From Octopus vulgaris (Eukaryota): a DNA stretch of 64,000 bases. The stretch lies in contig OX597817.1 of assembly GCA_951406725.2 (NCBI GenBank), positions 144,274,001-144,338,000 on the forward strand, written 5' to 3'. Below the pieces are notes generated by a model. That model made no database searches. It worked only from the letters and a program-made list of their open reading frames with translations, and was not told where the DNA came from. This document shows positions 1 through 14,412 of this stretch, piece after piece (the first letter of the stretch is position 1; every line of letters starts with the position of its first letter). The position numbers and the translations under genes were made by a program.

Positions 1-363
1 ATACATATATACACACATAAATATACATGGATGGTATATTTATTGCTGTACGTATATGACTGCTATTATTTATTGCTGTAAGCTGCAACAGCACAGAGCA
101 ACTGACGGGTTTTTTTTATTGGTCCCCGCGTCTTCGTTGAATTCCGACAACACAAAATGGCCATTGTGTTACACGAAACGCTGTAAGATGGCGATTTGTC
201 TTTTATTTGCTTAACAGTATTACAATATACTGTACTACACTACACCTTACTACACTTGGAATAGAAAGAGAAAGAGAAGGAACGCGAAGAAGACTGAAAA
301 AAGAAGAAATAAATAGTTAACGATAAAAGTGATGTTGAAAAGATGAAACTGGATGGGCGAAAT

Positions 364-1569
364 ATATGGGTTGGCCAAAATGTCTGCTGGCTTTATTTTT
401 AAACGAAAATAAGTCGAGTTTTAAACACAAAGTGATTTATTTGTTCAATAATATAATTTCTATTTTGTTCCAGTATCTTCCATCTCCTGGGCAAATCCAT
501 CATTCTTTGCCCAAAGAATTTCCTGACTTTACTTGCAAAAAGCTTTCCCAGGTGAGTTGTTACACCCTTTTTAGAGTTAAAGGTATGTTTATTCAGATAC
601 TTTTGAAGAGACCAAAACATGTAGAAATTTGGAGGTGCAAGGTAGGGCAGGTATGGAGGATGCGGCGAAACGTCCCATCCAAGTCCCAGTAATTTCTTCT
701 GCGTCTGCAAAGAAGTATACGGCTTGTCATTGTCGTGATGAAAGACAATGTCCTTGATATTAGCTACTGCTGGACGCTTCTGGCTGATCACTTCATTTAG
801 TTTGTCCAGCTAGTCACAGTACATATCCGAACCGATGGTCTTGTCCATTGGAAGAACCTCGTAAAAGACAAAACCATTCCAGTCCCACCAAACTGAAAGC
901 ATAATCTTCAACGGATGGAGTCCTGCCTTGGAGATTGCTTGTGGTGGTTCGTCGTGCTTCCCCCATGGTCATTTTCGCTCAACATTGTTATAGACAATTC
1001 AGTTTTCGTTCCTTGTCACCATTCTCTTTTAAAAAGGATCGTTTTCTTCATGTTTCAGCAATCAACCCGTTGGGCGAAGTTAGCCTCATTCAGTTGATGT
1101 GGGACCCCAAAATCTATCCTACTTACGCAACCAAGCTGATGCAGAGTATTTTCAACATTCGATTCGGATATTCTGAGAATATTTGCATTCATCCTGGTCG
1201 TATAACGGAGGTTGGTGTCGACTAACTCCTTCCCTTTATCACTGTTAATCTTAGTTGGCTGGCCAGAGCGAACAGCAATTTGACCCCCAAAATTTCCCGA
1301 TCTTCAAAACCACTTTAGGCACATCTGTTCTGTAACAGCATGCTCTCCATGCACATGGCTCACTCTCCAGCAGGTTTCCCGCTGTTTTCTTGCATTTTTA
1401 AAAAATAAAACATGAGATGTCGATAATATTCGTTTTAGTTCTCCATTTCCAGAGTGATCATTAAATACAACCTGTTTCATTGCAATTTCGAGTCAGACTA
1501 CGTTAGAGTGTACAAGTTCAAGGGACAGAGAAAGTTAAAGTCCGAACGGACTTTTTGGCCAACCCAATA
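364..1569 (-). mobile_element. Decayed mariner (DD34D) DNA transposon
   Basis: Imperfect TIRs: TGGGTTGGCCAAAA(T/A)GTC at ~367 and its reverse complement at ~1549-1568. ORF 399..791(-) carries FHHDN..P and HPPY..LAP..F..F mariner C-terminal motifs. The N-terminus near 1446 is disrupted. Confidence 0.9.
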
Positions 1570-1587
1570 AATATATAAATATAATAA

Positions 1588-1618
<31 letters not shown>

Positions 1619-2169
1619 TGTATGTATGTATGTATGTATGTATGTATGCACGTATGTATACATATATATATATATATATATATATGGCCTAACCAGGCAA
1701 CTCCCGTCATTGAAATACGATTAGGAATGGTTCTGGTTAAATTTCGCTGCTTCCTGACACACACTGCTTAACTTTGTATACATATTCTCTCATCACGGTT
1801 CTATCGCGATACTGGATATTTTGCAGGAAAAGACCAAAAGTAAAAGAATAAAAATATGAACGAAAAATTATAATAATGGATGGATTATTGGCGTGTATTT
1901 TTGTAGGCCCCTGAAAATATTCCAATGTGATTGTTTTACCATAGGATGAACGATATATGGGATAAAAATTATATTGGAAATTTTCAAACAAGTTTTCTGC
2001 AACAATTCTGCATATTAGGATATATTTACCTACTAATCAAGGCACCAATATTATCTCTCGTTCTTATTAGTCTTTTCAATTTGCAATTGGACATTTCTAA
2101 AGAAAAAGCAATGAGGAATTTCATATTTACGTCAAGTTATTACATTCATCTTCTAACTTGATTGGAAGT

Positions 2170-2212
2170 CCACCTGAAGATTGTCGATCAGGACAAGAAA
2201 CAATTGTAGTGG
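2170..2212 (+). ncRNA. Minimal type-I hammerhead ribozyme
   Basis: ccac-CTGAAGA-ttgtc(gatcag)gacaa-GAAA-caattg-TA-gtgg. All core nucleotides are present, stems I and II are perfect, and stem III is palindromic. Confidence 0.85.
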
Positions 2213-2297
2213 CGGTTTTTTTGACTTTTTATTAAAATCTTATGTATTGATTAAGTCTTTCCTTGTTTGTTTTGCAAAATAGTGGTTTTGTCTCTAA

Positions 2298-2365
<68 letters not shown>

Positions 2366-2391
2366 AATACATATGTGTGGGTATGTATATA

Positions 2392-4295
2392 TCTCTATTT
2401 ATAAAACTGAAATGCGAAAAGTTTGTTTGTTTGACTCGACCGCTTGGACCGCTTTCAAGGCCACTACATCCCGTCGGATTGACTCCAAAATTTACAGGGA
2501 CATGTAAAATGAGGTGACGATGCCCGTGGGCTACGTTAGAAATCCATATCTTAAAAGGTGTCGTTGCTAGGGCCAAAAACCCACTTTGACAAGTCCACTC
2601 TCAGTCTTTTATGTATCTGTCTTCCTCCCTCACTCACTCTATTTCCTCCCTTCCCATCACTTTCTATATATAACGTCGATTCGTCAAACGGCGTTCTACA
2701 ACGCTTTCACACACTCTCTCTCTCTACACGTCTGTCAGCATTCATACAGACAATTATCATCGCCACCACCACCACCACACAGGTTTGGGTGGCCGCACAG
2801 CTAGAGTTAGACAACGGTTAATAACATTCGATGTTGATAATGCCTGGATTGTTCCATTCAACCCTTTGCTTTCCAAAACATTTAATGCACACATTAATGT
2901 TGAATACTGCAGTTCGGTGAAATGCATACAATACCTCTGCAAGTACATTAATAAGGGCGATGATATGGCCGTGTTTGGGTTCAGTGATGAAGACCTTAGA
3001 CATGATGAAATTAAACAATTCGTTTTGGGTAGGTATGTATCCTCCAATTATGCAGCGTGGCGCATTTTTGGATACGAGATTCATCTAAGCTCACCATCAG
3101 TTCTTCCTAGAATGTTCCTGAATGTTCATTTACAGAAGAGACAGCTGGTTTACTTCACAGAGAAAAATGCACGTCAAGTCATTGAAAATCCAAAAGGGAC
3201 TACACTTGCAGCGTTTTTTAAATTGTGTTCAGTTGATGAGTTTGCTGCTACTCTCATTTACCCTGAAGTACCGGAATATTACACATACAACAACAATAAT
3301 TGGAAGCGCAGGTCACATGGAACAAAACTTGACAATTGGCCCGGTGTTTCTAGGAAGAACGTCATTGGGCGTGTGTATAATATTCATCCTGCCAAACAGG
3401 AAATCTTCTTTTGAGAATGCTGCATCATGTAGTTACTGGACCGAAGTTTTTTGCTGATCTTCGCACGGTTGATTGTATCATCTGCGCCACTTACAGGGAA
3501 TCATGTTTGAGGCGCGGACTACTTCTCAATGACGACCACTTACACAGGACATTAGCAGAGGCCTCAAATTGTAAACTGCCATGGCAAATGCGTCGATTGT
3601 TTTGTAGCATATTAATCCACTGTAATCCCAGCAACCCTCTTAACCTTTGGGAATCGTTCAGACAGAGCCTATCAAAGGACATACAGGCTAATTTAGCGCT
3701 ACGTGATGGCAACGACGATGTTTATAATGAGGCATTAATCGACATGGACAGACACATCAGACGTTATGTTATACGCGGTTTAAGTGAATTCCATCTGCCA
3801 ACACCTGTCCATCATAAAGCGCCTTTGGATGTTGAATACATGTCGGAAAAAAACTACAACATTGCCGAATTGACGGAAACAATTACGCGAGTTGAACCAA
3901 GACTTTTGCCTGAACAAAGAAAGATTTATAATGAAATTCTTGACAGCGTTAGATTGAACCAAGGAAAGCTTTCCTTTTTGAATGCTCCAGGTGGTACTGG
4001 TAAAACTTTCCTTATCAATTTGATTCTCGCAAAGCTGCGCGCTGAACGTCGAATTGCCATTGCATGTGTGCCTCAAGTGGTATTGCGGCGACATGTGAAC
4101 AAATATTATGAATCAGATAATTATATAGGGTTAATTTATATATTTGTGTGTGTGTGTGTGTGTATCTATATATAAATATGTATATATAATGTATATATAC
4201 AAAGTGTATATATCTGTATTTATATATATATAATTTGAATACATTTATATATATCACACTCTTACACGCGCGTAGAGCGGGTCACCTTCAGCTAG
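2392..4295 (+). mobile_element. Internally deleted Helitron
   Basis: 5' A|TCTCTATTTATAAA. 3' GC-rich hairpin (~4266-4282) followed by CTAG|T. Encloses Rep/helicase-homologous ORFs. Confidence 0.9.
2785..4075 (+). pseudogene. Helitron Rep/PIF1-helicase fragment (frameshifted, truncated)
   Basis: VDNAWIVPFNPLLSK..AHINVEYC..YLCKYINKG, GRYVSS..AAWRI and Walker A NAPGGTGKT. Frameshift at ~3411; truncated shortly after helicase motif I. Confidence 0.9.
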
Positions 4296-4367
<72 letters not shown>

Positions 4368-4374
4368 CATACAA

Positions 4375-4657
4375 GTGAGGATGCATGGCTTAGTGATTAG
4401 CGTGTTGCACGAGCGATCGTGATTTCAAGTCTTAGACCAAGTGGTGCGTTGTGTTATTTGAGCAAAACACTTCACCTCACGTTGCACTGCAACATCTGAC
4501 GTGTGATACACCGTTCACCAGTTGAAGCAACATCGATCTGATGGAGATTGTAAGTTAATGATCGGCAAAAAACATTTGATCAATATAAATAAATCATTTG
4601 TGCAGGTCGTTCGGCGAAAGCCAAACGCTTTTACGTCATCTTCGACGAGAGAGTCCA

Positions 4658-4660
<3 letters not shown>
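4375..4660 (+). mobile_element. tRNA-derived SINE (diverged)
   Basis: A-box-like TGGCTTAGTG, then GAGCAAAACACTT central motif. Related diverged copies at ~8740-8990(-), 24570-24905(-), 27550-27800(-), 43355-43680(-) and 56470-56635(-). Confidence 0.55.
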
Positions 4661-4692
<32 letters not shown>

Positions 4693-4929
4693 GATTTTAG
4701 AATGGTATACTAAGAGAACTCTCACATAATTATTTATGAATTGATTACAAAATTATAACTACAAAGAAACGCATAAACAATTAATATTTTTTACGATCAA
4801 CAGATAAGAGGAAAAACTATCTTCAAAAAACCACCGCTACGAAACATGTCGGTAGATATGACGTAGCTATGACGTGTATATGACGTTTAACTGGAGACAT
4901 TGCACAAAGACGATCTGTCGTGTTCCACA

Positions 4930-5350
4930 CTCTTTCACTTGTTTCAGTCAGTTGAATGCGGCCATGCTGGAGCACCGCTTTTAGTCGAACAAATCGACCC
5001 CAAGACGTAGTCTTTGTAAGCCTAGTACTTATTCTATCGATGTCTTTTGCCGAACTGCTAAGTTACGGGGACGGAAACACACCGACGTCGGTTGTCAAGC
5101 GATAGCGGTGGGGGGGGGGGGACAAACAGACACACAAATACACACACACACACAGACACAGACGCACACACAGACACAGACACAGACATACACGCGCACA
5201 CACACACAAGACGGACCTCTTTCAGTTTGAAGGTGCCACGCAGTGGGACTGAACCCAGAACTATGTGGTTGGGAAGAAAGCTTCTTACCACAAAGCCACT
5301 CCTGCGCCTATAAAGCCACTTCTGCACCTATAGCCACTCCTGTGCCTATA
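4930..5350 (-). mobile_element. SINE family A (tRNA head, internal microsatellite)
   Basis: Head GGCGCAGGAGTGGCT..TGGTAAG..GGTTCAGTCCCACTGCGTGGCACC and tail GGCGGTGCTCCAGCATGGCCGCAGTCAAATGACTGAAAC, shared with many copies in the window. Confidence 0.85.
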
Positions 5351-5581
5351 TTCTGCGTATTTTTTCGATTTTTTTAAAATCACTATTTCTTCGAGGTGAA
5401 ATTCATTAAAAGTGTAATTTAATTACAGTTGATTATCATTTCCTTTACTAAGAATGGTTCAAGTGTTATTAATTCAAACATAATGGTTTCTGATTTTAAA
5501 AATAATTAGTTTTTCAAAGACAAAAAATAAAAATTGCTTTACGCACGTCTGTGCAATTCTGTTTTACATCTATGTAATGCA

Positions 5582-5646
<65 letters not shown>

Positions 5647-5740
5647 TGTGTGGAGTTTATTTCTGCAATGCGTACATGTGAATGTTATATGTGCATCCAT
5701 GCGCGTGTACTTGCGTACGTATGGCTTTCGGTGCTTATAT

Positions 5741-5890
5741 ACAGAGGTGGGCACCGTTAATCGAAAAGTTAACTTCGCTAATCGTTAATCAGTTAACCAA
5801 GAAGTTAACTACGTTAATCGTTAATCCGTTAATTATTCGAAAATATAACGGAAGTTAACGTTAATCCATTAACGTTAACTGTTATCGAAA
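5741..5890. repeat. Transposon-end-like cluster of GTTAA(C/T) subterminal repeats
   Basis: Starts with CAGAGGTGGG (hAT-like terminus), followed by more than 10 GTTAA motifs. No partner end found. Confidence 0.5.
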
Positions 5891-7065
5891 AAAGGCATAA
5901 CTACAGTTTAATACCCCACCGACTTCGTTGCCTCATAACTTCCAGAAATATCGATATTTTTCAACGAAACTTTCACCAAATAATCACTTATATAATCACT
6001 GAGTGTATGTAAAGATTTGTTACAAAAAATTTTCCGAGGGGTTGGGAAAAGGAGTTCCGGAAAATTCACAGGACTCGACATTTTCCCGCTCATAACTTTT
6101 TGGAAAAGAGGTATTTTTTAATGAAATTTTATACAAATACCTTTCAAACGGTATAGATTACGATTACAAATTTCTTTGTAGGCAAAATTTTTGGAAGGGG
6201 ACGGTGAGGGAATAGTTTCTGAAGAACGGTGTTGCGGATCAGGCGGCCTACATAAGTTAGAATTTCTCGGTTTTGACAGGTATTTTGTTCAATGTTTTAC
6301 ACCAAAGTCTTCAGAATGATGGAAGGCATCTTTTCACAAAAAAAAGAAAACACTTTGAAAATTTTTTCACTTCCGCCACTCCCTCACACCCTACACTAAA
6401 CTATATTATAGTACCTTATAGTAACCTGTAGTACTCTGTAATGACCTATAGTACTATATAGTGCAGTACATTACTCTAAATCACATCATACTTAGACTAA
6501 ACTCCATCCCACCACACTGTATATACCGTAATACGGCACGCTACCATACTCGAAAGTTCTCGAACTGCTTCAGTTCAATGCAATGAGAGATGCAATAAGA
6601 TACCGCCATTATTGGCAAATTTCTACCGTTTTATTGATTGTCGACATTCAGTGCCAAAAGCTGTACCAGTTCTCGAAAAATATTCCTGTTTCCAGCTCGC
6701 AGACTGGATTAATGAAATAGATTTCCCAGTTAGCTTACTGTTGCCAATTTGATTACTAGAATCTTCATTGGACAAACTCAAGTGATGGCTTTCAAAAAGC
6801 CAGATATTGATCTACGAATACATCTGGTTCTGGTTTTTCTTTCTTTTTTTCTTTTTTGCTTTTTGTTGTTTTTTTTTCTTTTTTTCTTCTTTTTTTCCTA
6901 AATTTTATCTTCTTATTTCCTGTTTTGGGTAAAACATATTTAAATGATCCGATATGGTTTGGTGAAAAATATCAACTCCATCAACTTTTATTGCCGTTCA
7001 TCCTTTGACACTGGCTTCACACATTATACCTTGATATTTACACACAAACACACATACATAGTTAT

Positions 7066-7096
<31 letters not shown>

Positions 7097-7107
7097 CATA
7101 CCTATAC

Positions 7108-7152
<45 letters not shown>

Positions 7153-7317
7153 ATGTATATATATATATGCATATACATATACATAGATGAATGTATGCAC
7201 ACACGCGCATATAAATGTATACATATTTATATACATATATGCATAGCTGTATACACACGCACACATACATATATTTGTATGCGTGCTTGTGTGTGCGTGA
7301 GTAAGTGTGTCTTCATG

Positions 7318-7371
<54 letters not shown>

Positions 7372-9299
7372 TATTTATGTATATACATACACACCCGCTC
7401 GCGCACTCTCACATACGCACACACGGGAACACACACATAAACCCACAAACACATGCACACACATGCACGCACGGACGCACGCACGCACACACGCACACAC
7501 ACACTCTCGCTCACACACTCTCTCTCTCTCTCACACATATACACTCTCTCCCACTCTCTTTCTCTCTCTCTCTCAGACACACACACACACTCTCGCTCGC
7601 TCTCTTTCTCTCTCTCTCTCTCACTCTCTTTCTCTCTCTCTCCCACTCTCTTTCTCATTCTCTCTCAGACACACACTCACAAACGCATAAACAGCCGCAT
7701 GTTTGGCGCGAGAGACTCTTCATTGATTTTAGCATGAATACTATCTCCACCGTCAATGCCACAACTCGCAGACTTGTTAAATAACTGGTTATTCTTTTGA
7801 TGGCATTCATGAAATCTTTCATTCAAGATGATAGTTGTATCGCAGCAGTCTCAAACTTCAAGTCACAATGCAAGAGATTTGCAACAATCAACATGGCTGT
7901 AGACGACTACATCGACAATACCGGAGAAAACAAAATCCGGCGAAAAACAACATAGATAAAAGTTACGCAAAATCTCGTTGATTGTCGTTACAAAAGAAAC
8001 TGAAACTATCAAGAAGACATTTTTTTTTAGCTGTAAACTCAATGATTACTTTTTTTGTTGTATCTCGGGAGGGTCATTATACCAATAATAAAAACACGAA
8101 CTGGGTATGTTTCACTTCTTTGTTAACTATTTGTCAGTTGATTTGCTGTTTAACCAATTATTGTGTTGAGTCAAGTTTTGCAATATTTTGGTGACTTATT
8201 TGTTTTATTCGTCAATTCACAACAAAAGTAGCCTGTCATTCAAAGTAGAGGCCATCGTGTTGCACCGTCCGCGGCCATCTTTCCGCCAGTTTTTTTAACC
8301 AACGCTGATAACGGTTCTTGTCTTTGGAGGCGAAGAACTCCTTCACTAAATCTTCCACCTGATGAAACGTCGCGGTCCAGAACAAGTGGAAATCCGCGGG
8401 AGATATCTTTCCGAAACCCTTACGTGTATAAGCTGTGGTTAATGAAAAATATCGATTGTTTGATTAACCTTCGAGTTCTCATAAAAAATCTTGCAAACTA
8501 ATTTCGAAAATGGAATGATTTATTTCAATGACATGAAATGACAAAGAACCCTTTATCTTGACTGAATAGAATGGAAATATACTGGAGCCAACATCTGCTG
8601 CCAGAGGGGAGTCCGACCCCAGAAGAAAATAACTGACTAAAAAATATTTAAGAAGAACTTTAATCGAAACCAATCAGTAATATACAAAATGTAAGGTTAA
8701 AAAATATGGTAAAGGTAGCGCCTGTACTTTACTGTCATAAATCCTACAACTCATGAAGTCGGTTACTTTGTTTCCATGGAGTATAAGTAAATTAGATTAC
8801 AACATTACTCTTACTCTCAGAATGAGACGCGAGTCCGACGCAGAGTGACTCATTAACAGCTGAGTGGGGCAGCGTGAAATGAAGTATTTTTCTCAGAAGA
8901 ACAACTTATCACCAGGTCAGGGAATCGAGACCATGAACTTGTAATCAAGAGTGCAACACTCCTGACCACTAAGCTCCGCGTGCCTTTACTGCCTGATAAA
9001 AAGAAGCAGACGACAAAAGTCACAGAGGCTTCGAGAATACAGGGGTTAATTCCGGAGAAAAATGTGGGGTAAGAATAAGGAGTTTGAACCAGGATACAGT
9101 GTGCTTAAATGAAAATTTGAATGAAGCAATGATGCAATGATTTTGCGTTACACCAGAAGCTAATAAATAAATGAGTAAATAAAGAAATCAATAAATAAAC
9201 AAAATGAATAAATAAATAAATAAATACAAAGGTAAACAAAATCTCAATGGTTCTAGTTTACAGAAGAAATTGAAAGCATGAAGTAGATTATTTTACTCT

Positions 9300-10560
<1,261 letters not shown>

Positions 10561-11289
10561 ATGTGTTTTGTTTTGTAGTTGCAAACTAAATAATGACTTG
10601 TTTGTTTGATATAAAATGACGAATGTGATTCCTCTGCTGGTTGAATGGAATGAAAATATATTGGGACGAACTTCTATTGAAGCTAGATTTTTTTCTTTTA
10701 AGTCAGCAAAAGAATTATACCAACAGGCAAAATTGTTCGGACACGAGAAGTAGATGGATGATTGTAATATTATTCTCAAAGAAATTATTTAATTCTCTTT
10801 CGTATTTGGTATGCAAGATTCTTGATGTGAATTCCTGTGCTGAAACAAATTTTGTTGTGTCTTAGGAGAGTTATAATAACACACACAGAGGTTCAATTCC
10901 ACTTCTTTATTGTTAGTCAATTGGTTAAACATCTAACCAGTGAACTAATCGATCGTTTTCTTTTTTTATGCGCTGATTAAACAATCAGTTAATTGTTTGT
11001 TAGTCTTTTGTCGCTGTTCGTGACATTTTCGGTGGCTTAGTGACTTCTCCTATGCTTACAACAACGATGGTGGTCTGCATCATAACTTACTAGATTCTGA
11101 TAATGTTACCTCGTAACAGGGTTGGCCAACCAGAACATAATGTCAGAGACTTCAGCAGCTACCACGATCCGTAATGGAAGTACGAAGAAAAATATTAACT
11201 ATCGAATATATTTTGAATATGTTTCAAGAAAAGATTTATTTTTTTCAAATTCTGTTGCAGGACAAACCATAGTTAATAAGAGACTCATA

Positions 11290-11524
11290 AGGCGGCGAGC
11301 TGGCAGAATCGTTAGCACGCCGGGCGAAATACTTAGCGGTATTTTGTCTGCCGCTACGTTCTGAGTTCAAATTCCGCCGAGGTCGACTTTGCCTTTCATC
11401 CTTTCGGGGTCGATTAAATAAGTACCAGTTACGCACTGGGGTCGATGTAATCGACTTAATCCGTTTGTCTGTCCTTGTTTGTCCCCTCTGTGTTTAGCCC
11501 GTTGAGGACAGTAAAGAAATAGGT
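11290..11524 (+). mobile_element. SINE family B (MetaSINE-like domain) with TSD
   Basis: GGCGGCGAGCTGGCAGA head, B-box GAGTTCAAATTCC, GCCTTTCATCCTTTCGGGGTCGAT..AAGTACC core. TSD TTAATAAGAGACTCAT on both sides. Confidence 0.85.
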
Positions 11525-12214
11525 ATTAATAAGAGACTCATTGACTTGATGCTGAGATGTTAACAGTGATTAGCAACACTGTAGATGCATTTTTACAACA
11601 GAATAAAGCCTTGTTATTCTAGAAAATATACGCCTATTTATAATATCTCTCAAAAACTTCTGAAGATACTAAAGAAATAAATGCTGAACAATAAAAAAGA
11701 AAGTATCATGAAAAAATACTGTTCAAAAAATTGATAAAAGATCGTTGACCTACTGAAGACTGCTACGTGGAAATACTTATCGCATGTAAACAAATTCAAA
11801 AGCACTCTTCATCAGCACAAAGGGTAAAATAAAAAAGTAGAAACTGTGTTTAGCTAAGATAGTAAAAGGAAAATACTTGAGTATAAATTAATGGCTCTTA
11901 AACAAGAGTTCAAAGGTATAAGAAAGAAATTCTGCCATCAGAAAGAAGAGAGTAAGAGAATGAAAAATATTTAACAAGGAATTCAGTCGTAACCAATCTC
12001 CAGATATTAGGGAGACAGTAGAAAAAAAGAAAAAGAAAAAAGTAAAAGAAAGCTCACAGAATTTTCTTCTCTAGAAGATACAGACGGATTCCTTCTGGAG
12101 AAAAATGTGGAGTGAGAAAATGGAGTCTGATTAGGATGTAATGGGACTAGAAAAAGTCCGAAAGTATCATTGTGCTTGCATTACACCAACAGCTTACAGG
12201 TGTTAATATCCATT

Positions 12215-12640
12215 TTTACTCTAGGCACAAGGCCCGAAATTTGGGGGGAGGGGGCCAGACAATTGATTGACCTCAGTACGCAACTGGTATTTAATTTATC
12301 GACCCCGAAAGGATGAAAGGCGAAGTCGACCTCGGCGCAATTTGAACTCAGAACATAAAGACAGACGAAATACCGCTAAGCATTTCGCCCGGCGTGCCAA
12401 CGTTTCTTATTTCTTTATTGCCCACAAGGGGCTAAACATAGAGGGAACAAACAAGGACAGATAAAGCAATTAAGTCGATTACATAGACCCCAGTGAGTAA
12501 CTGGTACTTAATTTATCGACCTCGAAAGGATGAAAGGAAAGTCGACCTCTGCGGAATTTGAACTCAGAACGTAACGGCAGACGAAATACGGCTACTCATT
12601 TCGCCCGGCGTTCTAACGATTCTGCCAGCTCACCGCCTTA
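12215..12640 (-). mobile_element. SINE family B, dimeric form
   Basis: A full monomer plus a partial monomer that ends in AAATTTCGGGCCTTGTGCCTAGAGTAAAA. Confidence 0.8.
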
Positions 12641-13086
12641 GATCAATGTTAATATCGTTGAGGCTGTTAGAGAAAAACTCCGGGAGAGAAAAGCTCTAGG
12701 AAGAGGCATGATTGTCGGATATTGGTAGAAAAGAACTGTAATTTCTCAATTGGTATATAAATATACCAAGTCGGCAGGCAGTATGGAAACGTGGTTGATG
12801 CCAAAAAAAAAAAAACCACACACAAGGCGAAAGAACACTGGCAAACTGTGTGCCAGAATTTAGTATATGGAAGGTATATAATCTGTGATAATATCATTAC
12901 TATCTTAGGATCACTATGATAGTAGTAACATCATCAGGGAGAACAAATTCTTGGAAAAAAAGGAGTTTGAGGATCTTTTAAGTAGTTTCAGAGATACGAC
13001 AACATCGAAGGAATATGGCTACAGTCTGGTTGAATTACAAGAAAGAATAGGATTATGTCATCGAAATGTATCTATCTATCTGTGTG

Positions 13087-13364
<278 letters not shown>

Positions 13365-13562
13365 CACACACACACACACACATATATATTTGTGTGTATG
13401 TATGTATGTATGTATATAAAGGGCGGAGGAACTCTTGAGAGTCAACGGCCATCCAATAAATGCCTTAAGGTTGTATCATGCGCGGGGACATAGAAATAAT
13501 CGGACTGAATACCCGATCACGCGGTTAAACTATTGGGAGTGAAGGACTCCTAGCCTTTGTTA

Positions 13563-13652
13563 GGGCATCCTTCTAGGAGAGGGTATCCTTCTAGGAGAGG
13601 GCATCCTTCTAGGAGAGGGTATCCTTCTAGGAGAGGCATCCTTCTAGGAGAG

Positions 13653-13655
<3 letters not shown>
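13563..13655. repeat. 18-bp tandem repeat x5
   Basis: GGG(C/T)ATCCTTCTAGGAGA repeated five times at the end of a unique ~150-bp segment. Confidence 0.9.
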
Positions 13656-13707
<52 letters not shown>

Positions 13708-13745
13708 GTGCCTCTATTGATGTGCGCTTCCCATAATAACAGGAA

Positions 13746-13818
13746 TCTTACTGAAGAGCCTACCTGAGTAAATAAATATTATTTTTATTGCTGAAATAGG
13801 CGAAACTGCAGTATAAGA
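13746..13818 (+). ncRNA. Hammerhead ribozyme, copy 1
   Basis: tctta-CTGAAGA-gccta(34-nt loop)taggc-GAAA-ctgcag-TA-taaga. Confidence 0.9.
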
Positions 13819-14149
13819 AGAACTAAGTTTGTAAAAGTTTTTAATTTTCATCTCATTAAATTTATCCAGCTTTTGTGTATCTAGCACACACTTCGCCTTT
13901 TAATGTACTTATATATGAATAATATATGGCGTGTGCGAGAACACCGGCGATAATAATTAATTTTATTGTATCGCATTTGACTTTGTTTACGTATTTTCTC
14001 GATAAATTTTTGAGCGTTAGACGATATACCAGAAAACCCTATTTTGTCGGGTACGTTCTGAGTCTGCGCAGTGATTTGAATAGTTTAGAAAGAGAAATTT
14101 AATAGACGCACGTGCCTCTATTGATGTGCGCTTCCCATAATAACAGGAA

Positions 14150-14222
14150 TCTTACTGAAGAGCCTACCTGAGTAAATAAATATTATTTTTATTGCTGAAA
14201 TAGGCGAAACTGCAGTATAAGA
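14150..14222 (+). ncRNA. Hammerhead ribozyme, copy 2
   Basis: Same sequence as copy 1, 404 nt downstream. Confidence 0.9.
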
Positions 14223-14412
14223 AGAACTAAGTTTGTAAAAGTTTTTAATTTTCATCTCATTAAATTTATCCAGCTTTTGTGTATCTAGCACACACTTCGC
14301 CTTTTAATGTACTTATATATGAATAATATATGGCGTGTGCGAGAACACCGGCGATAATAATTAATTTTATTGTATCGCATTTGACTTTGTTTATATATAT
14401 ATATATATATAT

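Larger units (their letters stand above)
13706..14393 (+). repeat. 404-bp tandem unit (1.7 copies), ORF-less, carrying HHRs (retrozyme / Penelope pLTR-like)
   Basis: 13706-13989 is repeated at 14110-14393, apparently identical. Flanked by (TA)n on both sides. Confidence 0.9.

Noticed and set aside
6944-7784. Long overlapping ORFs ([16 protein letters not shown]), here and at 26340-27060, 37075-37816, 41884-43065 and 50028-50729
   Set aside because: They are translations of stop-free microsatellites, not genes.
11290-11380. tRNA-like A/B boxes
   Set aside because: These are SINE heads with no complete cloverleaf.
13563-13655. CRISPR-like short repeats (also 62415-62465)
   Set aside because: No spacers, no cas genes, and the context is eukaryotic.
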